From IMG/VR virus record IMGVR_UViG_3300050030_000093: a stretch of 64,000 bases of DNA; one strand, 5' to 3'. How positions within the stretch are numbered: the stretch's first letter is position 1; each line of letters begins with the position of its first letter. The stretch comes from an uncultured virus (IMG/VR IMGVR_UViG_3300050030_000093) (Duplodnaviria > Heunggongvirae > Uroviricota > Caudoviricetes). Below the pieces are notes generated by a model that was given only the letters and a program-made list of their open reading frames with translations, was not told where the DNA came from and did not search any database. Positions 21,189 to 32,847 of this stretch are shown here, piece by piece. The translations under genes and the position numbers were made by a program.

Positions 21189-24100
21189 TCATTGTATTGC
21201 CAACAACAATTTGTGCTTATAATCTATTGACTCATATTCTACATAAGGATATGTATTACCAACGATGGTTTCTGCATAGTCGCAATCGGGATTTGAACAC
21301 TTATGTGGGTGCATTGGTGGGTTTGCCGAGCATATTATTCCCGTTGGTCTGAGATATCCTATACCACATTTGGGGCATTTGTAGTCTATTTGAAAGACTC
21401 GTACTTCTGTACGTTCAATTGTATTGTTTGTCATTTATTTCGGCTTTTAAACATTAAACAAATATAGTAATTATTTATGTGGTCAACGAATTCCCGTTCA
21501 CTTTCGCTTTGATTTTGAAGATAAGCATTTAATGATGCTTGTATCATTATGGATTTATCTTCATCATGTGCTTTATGGTCTTTCTCTGTACATTTTTCAT
21601 CAACAAAAAATTTACAGCCATTACAGCAAAGTTCATTCATGAATTTCTGAAAATTTTCTTCTGATGCAAGAGGATTTTCTTTCATGGCAGTTCAGCATTA
21701 CGTCTTGTTGGATATCCTGGTTTTTCACCACCGAATGTCACATCAATATCTATTGGAGATATGTGTCCACGACTTGTGAATTCATCGATTTCTTTTTCAG
21801 GTTTATTACGGCTTTCCCGTATTTTTTCTTCACAGATTTTTTCTCCATACCAATCATTGCGTAATCTCGTGGTTTTATCGAATACTCGCAGGCATTCTAT
21901 GAGATATTCTGCCAGTATGAAGTCTGGGGTATTGCTACCATTTTCTTTTGAATGCTTATTTATGACAAGCATAAGTTCTCTACGAAAAGTTTTATTTCTG
22001 CTCATTTAATTCTTTTAATTTTAAGTACGCCTGATAAAATGCCTGTTGTTTTTCTTTCATAACATCCTGCAGTCTTTTCAATTCCTGTGCATCTTCTAAG
22101 GTTTTGAATTCCAGAATTCTTGGCTGAGTTTGTTCTGTACTTGGAAATGTTGCAACATAAGTTTTCTCGAAGTCCCGTCTTTCTTCTTCGGTCATCGGTC
22201 TTGAAAATCTTTCAATGTATTCACTAACTGCTTGACGACTTTCAAGCATTGCTTTTCTTAATTCCTGTATATCTTCTGTCATTGGTTAAAATTCATTTAG
22301 TAGTTTCTGCATTTCTGCTTTTGTTAATGTATGTGATGTTGAAAGTAATTCGACATCAAAGCCATGATATACAAAAGTAAAATCGACATAGATATATATC
22401 GGATACTCTTTAGGTTGGAAGTCTTCATCATTCATGAAGTCCTCAATTTGTTCATCAAGTTCTTTTTTTGTCGGAGCACACTGGCGACCTGCTTCTTTCA
22501 GGTCTTTACGTAATAATTTACGTAATTCTTTTTCTGACTTAATTATTCCTTCAATCATAGCATTGTATTTAATTGAGTATTGTAGCTGTCATCAATTGAA
22601 ACAGATGATTTTTCACCTGTTTCAATATCGGTTTTTTTAATTTCTGTTATTTTCAATGTCTTATTATAATATAGACTTCCAGTGCTTTCATTTAAATGCT
22701 CTTTAGGAAAGCAATTACTTATACATTCTTCAACAGAATTAACCCATCCACCAAATATAACCCCACCACAATCTTCATTTAGATTATGTGTATTAATTTA
22801 AAAATAAAACCTATTGGGGTTTTTCAACTTTCTTTTTACTTCCTTAATTTTAATCCACATCCAAGAATAACTGTCTTTTCCGAATAAACCAGCACCGCCA
22901 AAACCAACTATTTTAATGTGCCCATTATCAACCTTTAGTACTTCTCCCAAGAATAAATCTCTTGGTGTAAATTCTACAGGTGTATTACCAATTACTTGAT
23001 ATGGGTTTAATTGCACCCACGCTTCTTTCTTTGTAGAAAGTTCTAATTTGCCGTTAATTGTTCTCATAGTTAAATTATTTCGCCATTACGATATACTACG
23101 AAATCCCGGCAACCTTCAAAGTAATTATCATCTTTATCGATGTATAGTCCAAAGTCTGGGTCTTTTTTTACAGTTGCCTTATAATCGCCACTGCAGAACG
23201 GTGGCATTTCGAATTCAATAACATCGCCTTCTTGAAAAACGATATCGAAGTCCTGTGCTACATTAATTAACGAATATTTTCCCATTGATATTTATTGTTT
23301 TTATATGCCTCTAATACTTTTTTAAACTTCTCCAAGTCATTGCAATTGCCAACAATGAAATTTATTTTCTGTTCTTTATAACCTACGAGAAACTCGTTTT
23401 CTTCTTGATATTTATTATAGTACAGACCCACACCGTCTATTTCACCGATTCTCTCTACATTATCTTTTTCAAGATTTGTTTTCAGTATTTCCGAAAAATC
23501 GTGTTCAACAATTCTCATCATCAGTTATTCCTTTATTTGTTGTTCGATTCTCTCAATTATATATCCCACATATTGATTGTTGAATAGAAAACCATCGATG
23601 TCTTCTTCTGGTTCATCAGGACTCATTTGCCTTTGCATTTTGATTCTCTCGTCTTTACTGAAGAGTTTTTCTTCCCGCTTTTCTGGGTCGTTGCAACTCA
23701 TGTCAGCACGTCTGTCTTCTGCATCATCGAGAATCATCAGAAGTAATTTAACCTCTGCTTCAGTTAAATTAATTTCAAGTGTTTTCATTGTCTTTAATTA
23801 GTTTCAATTTTATTTTTTCGACTATTTTAAAATCTGTCTCATCGTCCAAATCGATATCAGGAACGTCTTTTGTTGCCATTAACATTGCTGGACTCATTTT
23901 GTACATAATGTTTGTTGGACTAAAAGCATTATCATTGAAGTACTTGATTGCTTCATCAAGTTGGTCTACTTCAAATTCTTTTCTATAGCCATTACAATAA
24001 TCTCCTTCGACAATAAGTTTTGGTTTACAGCCACAACCGCCAGAGAATATGTAAATCTTTGTCTCACCAACCCATTGTTCCGGTTCATTTTTGTAGGGTA

Positions 24101-24660
24101 AAGAAATCCTACAACCTTCGAGAAGTAATTCTTTTATATTCATTAGTCTTCAGTTTTAATGTTTATTGGTATACAAGTACCTTCAAGTCTTGGCTGTGCA
24201 CAACTCATATGAGTACTTGGTGCATGGCAACTCTGAACTCCTTTAGTGTTTAATAGTTTGCCTTCATTATCAAAATCATATTCATATTCTCCGATGGTCA
24301 GTTGAATGACTTCATTTTCATCGGTTTCATCGTGCCAAACCATTCCTGCTGAAATGACACCTGCACTATTGCATGTTATTATTGTTGCATTTCTCATAGC
24401 CAAATTATTGCTTTATGTTTTTCTACAAAATGATTAAATTGCTTTACGTCTACAAGACATTTTGTTTTAACTATTTTAGTTTGATTGCCTGTAGTGAGAG
24501 TAAAGTCTGGTACACGAATTTTGAGGGTTACCACATAATGTTTTCCCATTGGTCCGTGGTCATCGTCACAATCTTTTACTCGTATATCTGTTATTTCTTC
24601 AACGAAAGTCGTATTTGCTTCTTGCTTGAGAAATCCAAGCATGTAATCTTTTGTTTCCAT
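21189..24660 (-). other. Run of small hypothetical CDS: 21189-21434, 21431-21685, 21682-22005, 21992-22282, 22286-22558, 22798-23067, 23070-23285, 23267-23521, 23525-23788, 23775-24143, 24143-24403, 24394-24660
   Basis: Abutting or overlapping minus-strand ORFs. Confidence 0.75.
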
Positions 24661-24831
24661 AATTATATGTCAAATGGTGTTGTAAGTATTTCGGGGTTAA
24701 TATCATTCATTGAATCAATTATTTTACAGACTTCATCTGCAGTTTCCTGGGATTCACGAATTTTTTTTCTGCCTTCATCGGACTTAAGCCAATCGGCAAG
24801 TCTTTGGAGTTCTTCGTCTGATATTGGTTTT

Positions 24832-25485
24832 TTATTCTCCATGAGTATCGTGAATTAATTGTTTAGCTTCATTGCTGTATAAGTCTGGTCTACGATTACG
24901 TAGTCTCTCAAACCAACCGTCAGTTTTAATTTTACAATAGTAAAGATTTTCTCCGGATTTCCTTCTTGGAACTACGCCTTTACAAACTACGCCTTCCTGC
25001 AAGGAGAATTCGTTCGTTTTAACCCTGTTTACGAACTCTCTGTTCAAGTTTCCGTCATAGACGAGTTTCGGTATGCCTACCTCTTCAAAGTCGTGTAGAA
25101 ACTGTCGTGGGGGTATTAAACCGAGTTTATATGCGCTAACATCAAACAACGTAATGTTAAATACGTCATTTCCGAAATCGTGTTGTCCAAATTCTGATTT
25201 AAATCCATGAAGTTCAGCAAAACAAACAAACGACAAGTATTCTCTGTATTTCTTACTCTTGAAAATTTCTGTGAGTTTTTTCTCATAGTCTTGCAGAAAT
25301 AAGTTTATGGCAAAGCCAAAGGGAGTTGAATTTCTGTCAATCATTGTATTACGTGTTCCGAATTTATAAAAACCACGTTTGTGATTGTATTCAAATCTCA
25401 AATTACTGCCATCGAGTTTTTCAAAAGCCAAGATAGGCAGTCCCCAATTCTCACCATAGTACAATATTTCTGGGTATTGCTTCAT
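24832..25485 (-). CDS. RNA ligase-like nucleotidyltransferase
   Basis: Motif I EKLDGSN, FAELHG, LFDV, EGVVCK, KIK. Confidence 0.75.
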   Translation of the reverse strand: MKQYPEILYYGENWGLPILAFEKLDGSNLRFEYNHKRGFYKFGTRNTMIDRNSTPFGFAINLFLQDYEKKLTEIFKSKKYREYLSFVCFAELHGFKSEFGQHDFGNDVFNITLFDVSAYKLGLIPPRQFLHDFEEVGIPKLVYDGNLNREFVNRVKTNEFSLQEGVVCKGVVPRRKSGENLYYCKIKTDGWFERLRNRRPDLYSNEAKQLIHDTHGE

Positions 25486-27748
25486 TTATTCTATTTTGTT
25501 TGGTTTTGTGACAAGTCTTGGAACTACCTGTACTTTACAGATTATAAGTCCTTCGGTATTTGCATTTTTGCCCTTCATAGGATTTTTTACATACGGACCT
25601 GCGAACCATCCGTCACCCCCGTCTATAAAATATACGAATTCCGGTATCGATTTTGTGTATCTGCTTCCTGCCATTGTTATATTCCTTTCTGTATAAATTT
25701 ATATGTTTCGTTGTCGAAATAATGCTGTCTTTGATATTTTTCTACCTGTTGTATTTCACCGAAGACCAACAATACTTTTTTTATTTGATATTCATTTGAA
25801 TAATCACTATTCCATATTGCTTCTGCAATAAGTAGGTTTTGGTCAATTACTTCAGGTGAGTTAAGTTCTTCATCACATCTGACAACAACCGCATCTAATT
25901 TTCTTTGAAGCATTTTGATTACCCATTGACGAGTCTCTCTGTTATTTATTGGTTTGGTGTTGCATAATATGTCGTTTACAGATTTATATGCAATTTCAAT
26001 TCTTTGGTGTTGAAGAATTTTTATTACTTCATCAATAGTTTTGCCGGGATATAATGTTGCCCTTGCACAGAGATTATTATATTCCCTTTCTCGTAAATTT
26101 TTACGTTCAAGTTCTTCTTGGTCAGGAATATTAAAATTAACATGTTTGTGACAACGATTGCAATACGTATAACCACTTTCTCTGTCTGGCTCTGGGCATT
26201 GGCAATATACTATTGCATCTACTCTTTTTCTTAAGTCATCAAAACTTTCTTTGCTGTAAACGTCATAATTATTAAACATGAACTCAATAACGTTCTTTAC
26301 ACCTTCTTGATACGCATCAAGAATTTCGGTCCAATGCTCATTTTCTGTTTCAACTTCGTCATCTTTAACGGCAATGCGGGGCACTATAGAAGTAGCGTAA
26401 TCCCGACTTGTTTCCCGAAACATCAAATATAAATCTTCTTTTATGTTCATTGTAATTGTTTGTTTAGTTCGTTCATCAAATCCTGTGTTTGTGGGTCAAT
26501 ACTATCGTAATGTAATTTAGTAATATACTTAGGTAGGTGATATATTTCTCCATCAAGATTTACTGGCTCAAGAAAGAAATTTGGCAGACGTTCTGCCAAA
26601 AGATAAAACAGATTATCTAAGGCAGTATATAAATCATATGATTGTGATTTACTTTCGTCTAATTCGATTATTTTCATAGTTTTTCCTTTAACGCATCAAT
26701 CCAGTAAGTAGGATACATGGGCAGTTCATACTCATGCATAAATCTTTCTGTAAGTGGAAATATGAGAAACATATATGGTATCCATAATAACCATTTAATT
26801 ATTATAAGTATATAACAGCAAAAAATTAAAAAACAAATTCCAATCATTTCTATCATACGATTTCAATTTTAAATTCATCAAAAGCACAAAGTTCATTCAT
26901 TACAACCTCATCGTCATCTTTATGTCCTTGCTTATACCAAAATTTATCGTAACCAAGAGGATTACAACTGCCAACAATATAAGTTCCCCGGAATATTCCG
27001 AATTCCTTTCCATTGTTGGTATAGATACTTTCAATTAGTTCAGCAATTGTACCTTCTTTAAACCAAGTATCAGGTTTTGCTTTGTAGACTGTCATGGCTT
27101 CAATACTAATTTTTTTTGACACAACTGATATACATTACGTTTTTGATACTCACGTTTTCTACAGACCTTACAATCACTATTAGGTTTTTCGTGAGCACAG
27201 ATTACTTCCTCATACAGTGGGTCGTAGGTTACGTATATGTATTTCTTTTTGGCTTCCATATTATTTGGGTCTGAAATATTCTCTGAGCATTTCTTGCGCT
27301 TCTTCAACACTGATATTGAACTTTCTTGCGATTGCTTCAATATTTTTATCCGGCACAATTACATGGTCTGCTAATCCAATGCGATTTTCACCACTAATTT
27401 TATTGGCTACTGCAATTAGTTGTGTAACTAATTTTTCTTTTTTTACTTCTGGACTTTCCATTATCCTACAACTCTTAGTAATATGTCATTAATTTCTTCA
27501 AGTCCTTTATTGTGGTCAAGAATTCTTGAAATCCTTGCATGAACATCACCGACAAATCCACCTGCACTTAATTCTTTTTCAGAATCACATTCAACGGGAC
27601 TTTTTTGTGGTTCTATCATAGTGTTTACTCTTATTTTTATGTCTGAGATTATTACATCTTGTCTGGCAAGTGCTGAATCAAGTGAATTCAAAAGTTTTTC
27701 AAATTCAGACGTTTGTTTATCTGTTTCGCCTTTGTTGCTTTCGTACAT
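25486..27748 (-). other. Hypothetical CDS: 25486-25674, 25677-26450, 26447-26677, 26674-26856, 26853-27095, 27092-27260, 27261-27461, 27461-27748
   Basis: Coupled minus-strand ORFs. Confidence 0.7.
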
Positions 27749-27768
27749 TTGTTTTGATTTTAAGTGAA

Positions 27769-28971
27769 CTACCCACCCACGCCAAAGGCGATGGGATGGG
27801 CTTCGGGTTTCACGGACTTGTGCTTCTTTACAGAAGTCTTATTTGAGTCTCCACCCGTGTTTTCGACAGTTCCTGCCGAGTTTAATATTTTCAATCCTTC
27901 TTTAAGAATGTTTTTTGCAGCGTTTAAATCACGGTCTAATACGTGTCCGTTTTTACAAGTCCATTCTCTTATTGAAAGATTTAATTCTTGATTTATCCAA
28001 CCACACTCACAACAGGTTTTACTTGATGGATACCATCGATTGATTTTAACAATCTGTTTGTCATTCCAATCTGCTTTATATTCCAACAATCTTACAAAAG
28101 TCCCCCAACTGGCATCTGATATGTGCTTTGCAAGTTTATGGTTTTTAACCATTCCCTTCACATTTAAATCTTCTAATGCGATTATATCATAATCAGTTAC
28201 CAATTTGTGAGATACCTTGTGTAAGTTATCCATTCGTGAGTTGGTTATCTTCTCGTGAATTAAGGCTGTTTTTCGTCTTTGTTTTTCAAACGAAGTACTA
28301 CCTTTTGTTTTACGAGAAAGATGTTTTTGTGCTTTCGCTAACTTTCTTTCATATCGCTTTGTATATTTGTTATTCTTGAATTTAACTCCATCAGATGTTA
28401 TTGCAAAGTCTTTTAATCCTAAGTCAATTCCACATACAGCACCAGTCTTTTCTTTTGGTTGATACTGTTCTTCGGAAAGAATAGACACAAAATATTTACC
28501 TGTTGGTGTTTTGCTTAAAGTGCATTTTCCTATTTCGCCTTTTACTTCACGATGAACATTAACTTTTATTCCTTCTTTAAACTTTGGTGCGTAAAATCTA
28601 CCATCTTCCAATTTGGCGAATTGTGGGACCGTAAACGTATTCTTCTTTTTTCTTGACTTAAATCTTGGAAATTTAGCGTTACCACGAAAGAAGTTCACAT
28701 AAGCAGTATCCAAACATCTTAAAGCAAATTGTAAAGATTGACTATTAACTTCTTTAAGCCAAATAGTTTCATCTTTTTTCTTTAATTCTGTTAGTGTTGC
28801 TGCCTGTGTGTAGTAATTATCAGACTTCTTGTCTACTTGGTATTGCTCTTTACGCTCATTTAGAAAATGATTATAGACAAATCGGATACATCCAAAATGC
28901 TTATCCAACAGCGTTTTCTGCTCTTGGTTTGGCATTAATTCAAATTGATATGTCCGAAATATTGTCTTCAT
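27769..28971 (-). CDS. tnpB: TnpB RNA-guided endonuclease (IS605)
   Basis: GIDLGLKD, ALEDLNV, PSSKTC..DRDLNAAKN; likely start MKTIFR at 28971. Confidence 0.95.
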   Translation of the reverse strand: MKTIFRTYQFELMPNQEQKTLLDKHFGCIRFVYNHFLNERKEQYQVDKKSDNYYTQAATLTELKKKDETIWLKEVNSQSLQFALRCLDTAYVNFFRGNAKFPRFKSRKKKNTFTVPQFAKLEDGRFYAPKFKEGIKVNVHREVKGEIGKCTLSKTPTGKYFVSILSEEQYQPKEKTGAVCGIDLGLKDFAITSDGVKFKNNKYTKRYERKLAKAQKHLSRKTKGSTSFEKQRRKTALIHEKITNSRMDNLHKVSHKLVTDYDIIALEDLNVKGMVKNHKLAKHISDASWGTFVRLLEYKADWNDKQIVKINRWYPSSKTCCECGWINQELNLSIREWTCKNGHVLDRDLNAAKNILKEGLKILNSAGTVENTGGDSNKTSVKKHKSVKPEAHPIAFGVGG

Positions 28972-29089
28972 TCTTACTATTAAATAGTTTTGATTTATGC
29001 AAAAATAATGCTTTTTTGTAAATCCGCTACATTTTTTTGTAAATATTTCCATTCATTTTGAGAAACATTCACAAAAAAATTTCGCTACT

Positions 29090-29500
29090 ATGTCTAAAAA
29101 ATCTAATTACATCAGCACAAATCGTTCAAAACACTACTTAATGTGTCATTTAATCTTTGTTTGTAAATATCGTAAACCAATGTTAATTGGTCAGTTAAAT
29201 GATGATATTAAGCAAATCTTTCAATCCATTGCTAATAGTTCTGATTTTGAAATTGAGGTTATGGAAACAGACCAAGACCACGTTCATTTCTTAATTCGTT
29301 ACATTCCACGTTTGTCTATTGCTCAAATAGTTCGTAGGCTTAAACAAGAATCTACTAGGCAAATATGGTTATTACACCCATCTACGCTTCGTAAGCAATA
29401 TTGGTATCAGAAGTTACTTTGGTCAGATGGTTATTTTGTTTGCTCTATTGGCGAAGCATCTCCTGATACTATTCGTGAGTATATTCTTTCACAAGGTTAA
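29090..29500 (+). CDS. tnpA: IS200-type HUH (Y1) transposase
   Basis: HLIFVCKYR, DHVH, WSDGYF, YI..Q. Confidence 0.95.
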   Translation: MSKKSNYISTNRSKHYLMCHLIFVCKYRKPMLIGQLNDDIKQIFQSIANSSDFEIEVMETDQDHVHFLIRYIPRLSIAQIVRRLKQESTRQIWLLHPSTLRKQYWYQKLLWSDGYFVCSIGEASPDTIREYILSQG

Positions 29501-29570
29501 CGTTTGTCGCTTACATCCCACCCACGTAAAAACGATGGATGGGTTTTACGCTCCGTTTTATAAAATTATA

Positions 29571-29858
29571 TTATACAAGTCTTTCAAGATTGTAACGAAT
29601 TGAATCATAAGCCTCTACAAGTTTTTGTAGTTTTTCAATTCTTATGTCTAATTCACCAATAAAATTACCGCCCTGTACTTGTTTTCTTGCATCAGTTGCT
29701 TCGGCTTTAAGTTGGTCAAAATCGCTCAAAGCAGTTATTTGATTAACAATTGTTCCAGCGATTTTATCGAGTGCTTCAAGTTTATAATCAAAAGTTGATA
29801 GTACTCTTTCAGTTTCTGTTGTTCCTTTTGGTGACTGTGCGTTTGCTGAGTCGTTCAT
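29571..29858 (-). CDS. coiled-coil hypothetical protein, paralog of 27461-27748
   Basis: Both 95 aa; shared E.E..L..(F/L)D..L and GG(N)F(I/V)G(E/D)...RI motifs. Confidence 0.7.
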   Translation of the reverse strand: MNDSANAQSPKGTTETERVLSTFDYKLEALDKIAGTIVNQITALSDFDQLKAEATDARKQVQGGNFIGELDIRIEKLQKLVEAYDSIRYNLERLV

Positions 29859-30045
29859 GTGTTTGTTTTTTAAATAAAATTATTTTACGACAAATATAAA
29901 CCATTAAAATTAGATAAGCAAGTAAATTAGTTGCCAATAAAAGCATTTATAAAAAATATTGTTATTTATGGCTATGGACAAGGTGTTGTTCGAAGAACAG
30001 TTTGATATATTGGTTGGGAAAAGAGCAGGTTATTCTTCCAAATTA

Positions 30046-30321
30046 TTAATTCATAAAATATTTGCCTTTAATTGCAACTCTAAGGTCTTTATTTGTATTA
30101 TTCTTAAATTCTTTTTGTACTGCTTCATCACCACCATAGCGAAACGCTTTTGTCAGTGTATCTAATGAACCTTCATAATATGGACCATCAGTACCTTCTT
30201 CGCCATTTAAATTTGCGATTATTTGTGCAAGTTGTGGTATTCCAAGAAGTTCTTGAGATTCATTGGATTCTTTCATCATACCAAGTACTTCTTCACTAAT
30301 TATTACCTTAATGCTTTTCAT
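30046..30321 (-). CDS. hypothetical protein with IIxEE N-terminal motif
   Basis: MKSIKVIISEEV; GTATTTAT upstream. Confidence 0.7.
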   Translation of the reverse strand: MKSIKVIISEEVLGMMKESNESQELLGIPQLAQIIANLNGEEGTDGPYYEGSLDTLTKAFRYGGDEAVQKEFKNNTNKDLRVAIKGKYFMN

Positions 30322-30368
30322 CCAGATATTTTAGCATAAATACTGTCAAAATTTCAAAAAAAGGGCGA

Positions 30369-30596
30369 TTACTCGCCCTTTGTAGTTTGTTTTTCTTCTG
30401 GAAAGATTGATAGTTCAGTTCGCAATGTTGCTGCTAAAAATATGTATATTAACAGCATAAAAATCGGGTGAAATAATCCCAAGAAGAACCATAATAGTCT
30501 TATTCCCAATGGATTGATTTCTGGGTCAATCCATTTTGCGATTCCACCGCAGACTCCTGCGATTACTCTCTTTTTAGTTTTCATTAATGTAGCCAT
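30369..30596 (-). CDS. pspC: PspC domain membrane protein
   Basis: VIAGVCGGIA..IRL plus transmembrane segment. Confidence 0.8.
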   Translation of the reverse strand: MATLMKTKKRVIAGVCGGIAKWIDPEINPLGIRLLWFFLGLFHPIFMLLIYIFLAATLRTELSIFPEEKQTTKGE

Positions 30597-30638
30597 TGTT
30601 TATTTATACTAAAGACTGATATAAATAAAAAGTGATGC

Positions 30639-30932
30639 TTAATAGCTGAGAATTAATTTTGAAAGCCATATACCAATTGCAGTTCCAGTTGCACTACCAA
30701 TTGTAAAACCTATCCATTGCATTATACTGTCTTTAGATTTTGCTATTCTTCTTACCACAAAATATGATAATCCTGCAACAACTACATCTGTTAAAACTGA
30801 CCACATATAACTTGCTTGGGCAATGGCTCGATAATTTATGGTAATGATTGCAAACGATAGCATTTGTGCAAAAAACAGGATGAAAGTATCCTTAATATCT
30901 TTACGTACTATTTCTGTCATAGGCATTGTCAT
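30639..30932 (-). CDS. small multi-TM membrane protein
   Basis: Three hydrophobic segments. Confidence 0.7.
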   Translation of the reverse strand: MTMPMTEIVRKDIKDTFILFFAQMLSFAIITINYRAIAQASYMWSVLTDVVVAGLSYFVVRRIAKSKDSIMQWIGFTIGSATGTAIGIWLSKLILSY

Positions 30933-31044
30933 TTTTACAAATACCTGTTATTCAATACATAAATACTTTTAAATTATAATTTATCATAAAATATTATGAA
31001 ATGTCGTTTGAATTTACTACATTTGTTAGGCAATAATTAAAACA

Positions 31045-31368
31045 ATGTTTGATGTAGATGATGATAGAATGTTTGTGGTTGAAACAGCAATTAAGCATAA
31101 ACTTGGAACTAAAGATGAGATAGAATTATATGAAGAACTCTGTCTTGCATTAGAATTAATGGAAGACGAAGATTTTAAGGTTGTGGGGTCGGGAATTGGT
31201 GGCGGTATTGATTTCAGTATAGTTACCGAATATCCCAAGCCTCTACCCGAAAAAGTCGGATTATTATTTTTTGGTGTACGTTCAGATTTCGATGTTAAGT
31301 GCATAGAAACCAGTACATATGCTGATAGGGATGAAAGACATTTTCAATTTAAATTAAAAAAAGTCTGA
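31045..31368 (+). CDS. hypothetical protein
   Basis: Plus-strand ORF preceded by TAcaTTTG sigmaA-like element. Confidence 0.65.
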   Translation: MFDVDDDRMFVVETAIKHKLGTKDEIELYEELCLALELMEDEDFKVVGSGIGGGIDFSIVTEYPKPLPEKVGLLFFGVRSDFDVKCIETSTYADRDERHFQFKLKKV

Positions 31369-31410
31369 TTTTTTGTAACATTTTAAAGTAGTTCTACGTA
31401 TAACGAAATT

Positions 31411-31512
31411 GAAACAGTCAGAGAAATGACAGTGACCGAGTAACCATGTGGGGCACACGTATAAATTGTAGCAGCCAAAGGTCGTGGTGTTAGACAGCCA
31501 TCTGATTGTTTC
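31411..31512 (+). ncRNA. candidate ~100-nt structured RNA
   Basis: 12-bp closing stem GAAACAGTCAGA/TCTGATTGTTTC beginning just after the ECF promoter. Confidence 0.5.
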
Positions 31513-31528
31513 TTGTTCTTTGAATTTA

Positions 31529-31708
31529 CGGGGATATGAACAAATTGGTAAAGTTGCCTGATGTTTTGTCAGGAGAAAGAAGCAAGGTGTACAACAAAGT
31601 CACAGAGGGGAAGCGGAAAAGATGCATGTGTGAGTACTACCGCATGTATGTTATTATGTGATAACCGATGTGATTAGCTTTTGGCAGGTTCGAGTCCTCC
31701 TATCCCCA
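31529..31708 (+). ncRNA. tRNA-like RNA with ~110-nt variable region
   Basis: GGGATA/TATCCC acceptor, D-loop TTGGTAA, CCTGA/TCAGG arm, GGTTCGAGTCC T-loop. Confidence 0.65.
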
Positions 31709-31713
31709 CAACT

Positions 31714-31837
31714 GTTTAGGTCTTGTCGAAAGGCAAGTGAGTGGTCTTATATAGAACGCTTAACTGACCCGGAGGCACGGGAATCTGGTCGAAATATAAA
31801 CGCTTAACTGACCGACTCTTCCCGTGCTTCCCTAAAC
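31714..31837 (+). ncRNA. candidate structured RNA with twin identical-loop hairpins
   Basis: GTTTAG/CTAAAC and GGAGGCACGGGAA/TTCCCGTGCTTCC stems; AACGCTTAACTGACC twice. Confidence 0.6.
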
Positions 31838-31861
31838 TTTTAAATTTTTAAAACTGAAAAT

Positions 31862-32566
31862 ATGTTCTATTGTAACGATTGTGCAGAAAAAAATGGCTAT
31901 CCTATAACAATGGGAAGGTCACAGGGTTGCTGTGAACTTTGTGGTAGACACGCAAATTGTAATGATATGCAGAGTTCAAAATTACCAACGCCAAATAATA
32001 AAAATTTGGAAATTGAAAAAATTGCTTGGCAAGTATTTTTAAACAGGACTGGTTTGAGTTTCAAGAGAGAACTTACTGCTGATGAAAAGAAACAAGTCAC
32101 GAATGTCGATAGTTATGAATACTATCGAGAACAAGCCGAAAAAATCTACGAGAAAAAGCAACGAGCACTTTTAAATAAGAAATATCCTGCCATTGAAATT
32201 CCTGCTGATGGAAAACGGGGAATGTCTGGTGGCGCATATTGTCTGTGTTTCGTGTATTCCAAATACAAAGGCAACTTTGTTCTCAAAGGATATATGCGTG
32301 AAGTTGAAGAATATCTTAAAAAGAACTACACCCATTATTTCTGCAATTTCAGTTTATGGCATTGTGGTCAGAATCGAGATATTTGGCATTTCTGGAAAAA
32401 AGATATTGCTATTTTTGACGTATCGGTTAAGGAGAGAAAAAAAGGCAAAAAAACCGAAGTCAGACCTTGGATGGATTCTGAACCCGATAAGGAAATACTT
32501 GAAGCTAAGACCTTTAAATTCAGAAGACTTCCCAAACGTTGGATACCTGAGTTTGATAAATTATAA
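31862..32566 (+). CDS. hypothetical protein with N-terminal Cys cluster
   Basis: 234-aa plus-strand ORF. Confidence 0.75.
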   Translation: MFYCNDCAEKNGYPITMGRSQGCCELCGRHANCNDMQSSKLPTPNNKNLEIEKIAWQVFLNRTGLSFKRELTADEKKQVTNVDSYEYYREQAEKIYEKKQRALLNKKYPAIEIPADGKRGMSGGAYCLCFVYSKYKGNFVLKGYMREVEEYLKKNYTHYFCNFSLWHCGQNRDIWHFWKKDIAIFDVSVKERKKGKKTEVRPWMDSEPDKEILEAKTFKFRRLPKRWIPEFDKL

Positions 32567-32571
32567 TTTAT

Positions 32572-32814
32572 ATGGCATATTTTGACCACGCACAAGCTGC
32601 GTATGACAACAAATGTGAAGAAAAGTACAATGAGTTTAAAGAAAAACTCCGGACTTCGAAAAATGAAGACGATGAAATGCTTTACAAACATATTCAGAAG
32701 CTGGAAATAAGGGCAGCAAAGAATAAAGGTAAGGTAAAAAAGTACGAAGAGTTCTTTCAAACGCTTGTAGAACTACTTCCAAGGCAACCATCCATACACG
32801 ATGTACTTACTTGA
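32572..32814 (+). CDS. hypothetical protein
   Basis: Coupled to upstream ORF. Confidence 0.7.
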   Translation: MAYFDHAQAAYDNKCEEKYNEFKEKLRTSKNEDDEMLYKHIQKLEIRAAKNKGKVKKYEEFFQTLVELLPRQPSIHDVLT

Positions 32815-32847
32815 TTACCAATTAAGAATTAGAAAAAATAAGAAAAA

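Larger units (their letters stand above)
27764..29560. mobile_element. IS200/IS605-family element with divergent tnpA and tnpB (ends approximate)
   Basis: Y1 transposase plus TnpB; related subterminal hairpins CCCACCCACG...CGATGG(G)ATGGG at about 27770-27800 and 29517-29543. Confidence 0.9.

Noticed and set aside
25677..26450. Tail sheath call from VRCDEELNSPEVIDQN
   Set aside because: Only a short motif resembles the sheath C-terminus; protein size and context do not fit.
31411..31512. SRP (4.5S) RNA
   Set aside because: AGCAGCC is present, but the CAGG..GNRA helix-8 partner is not.
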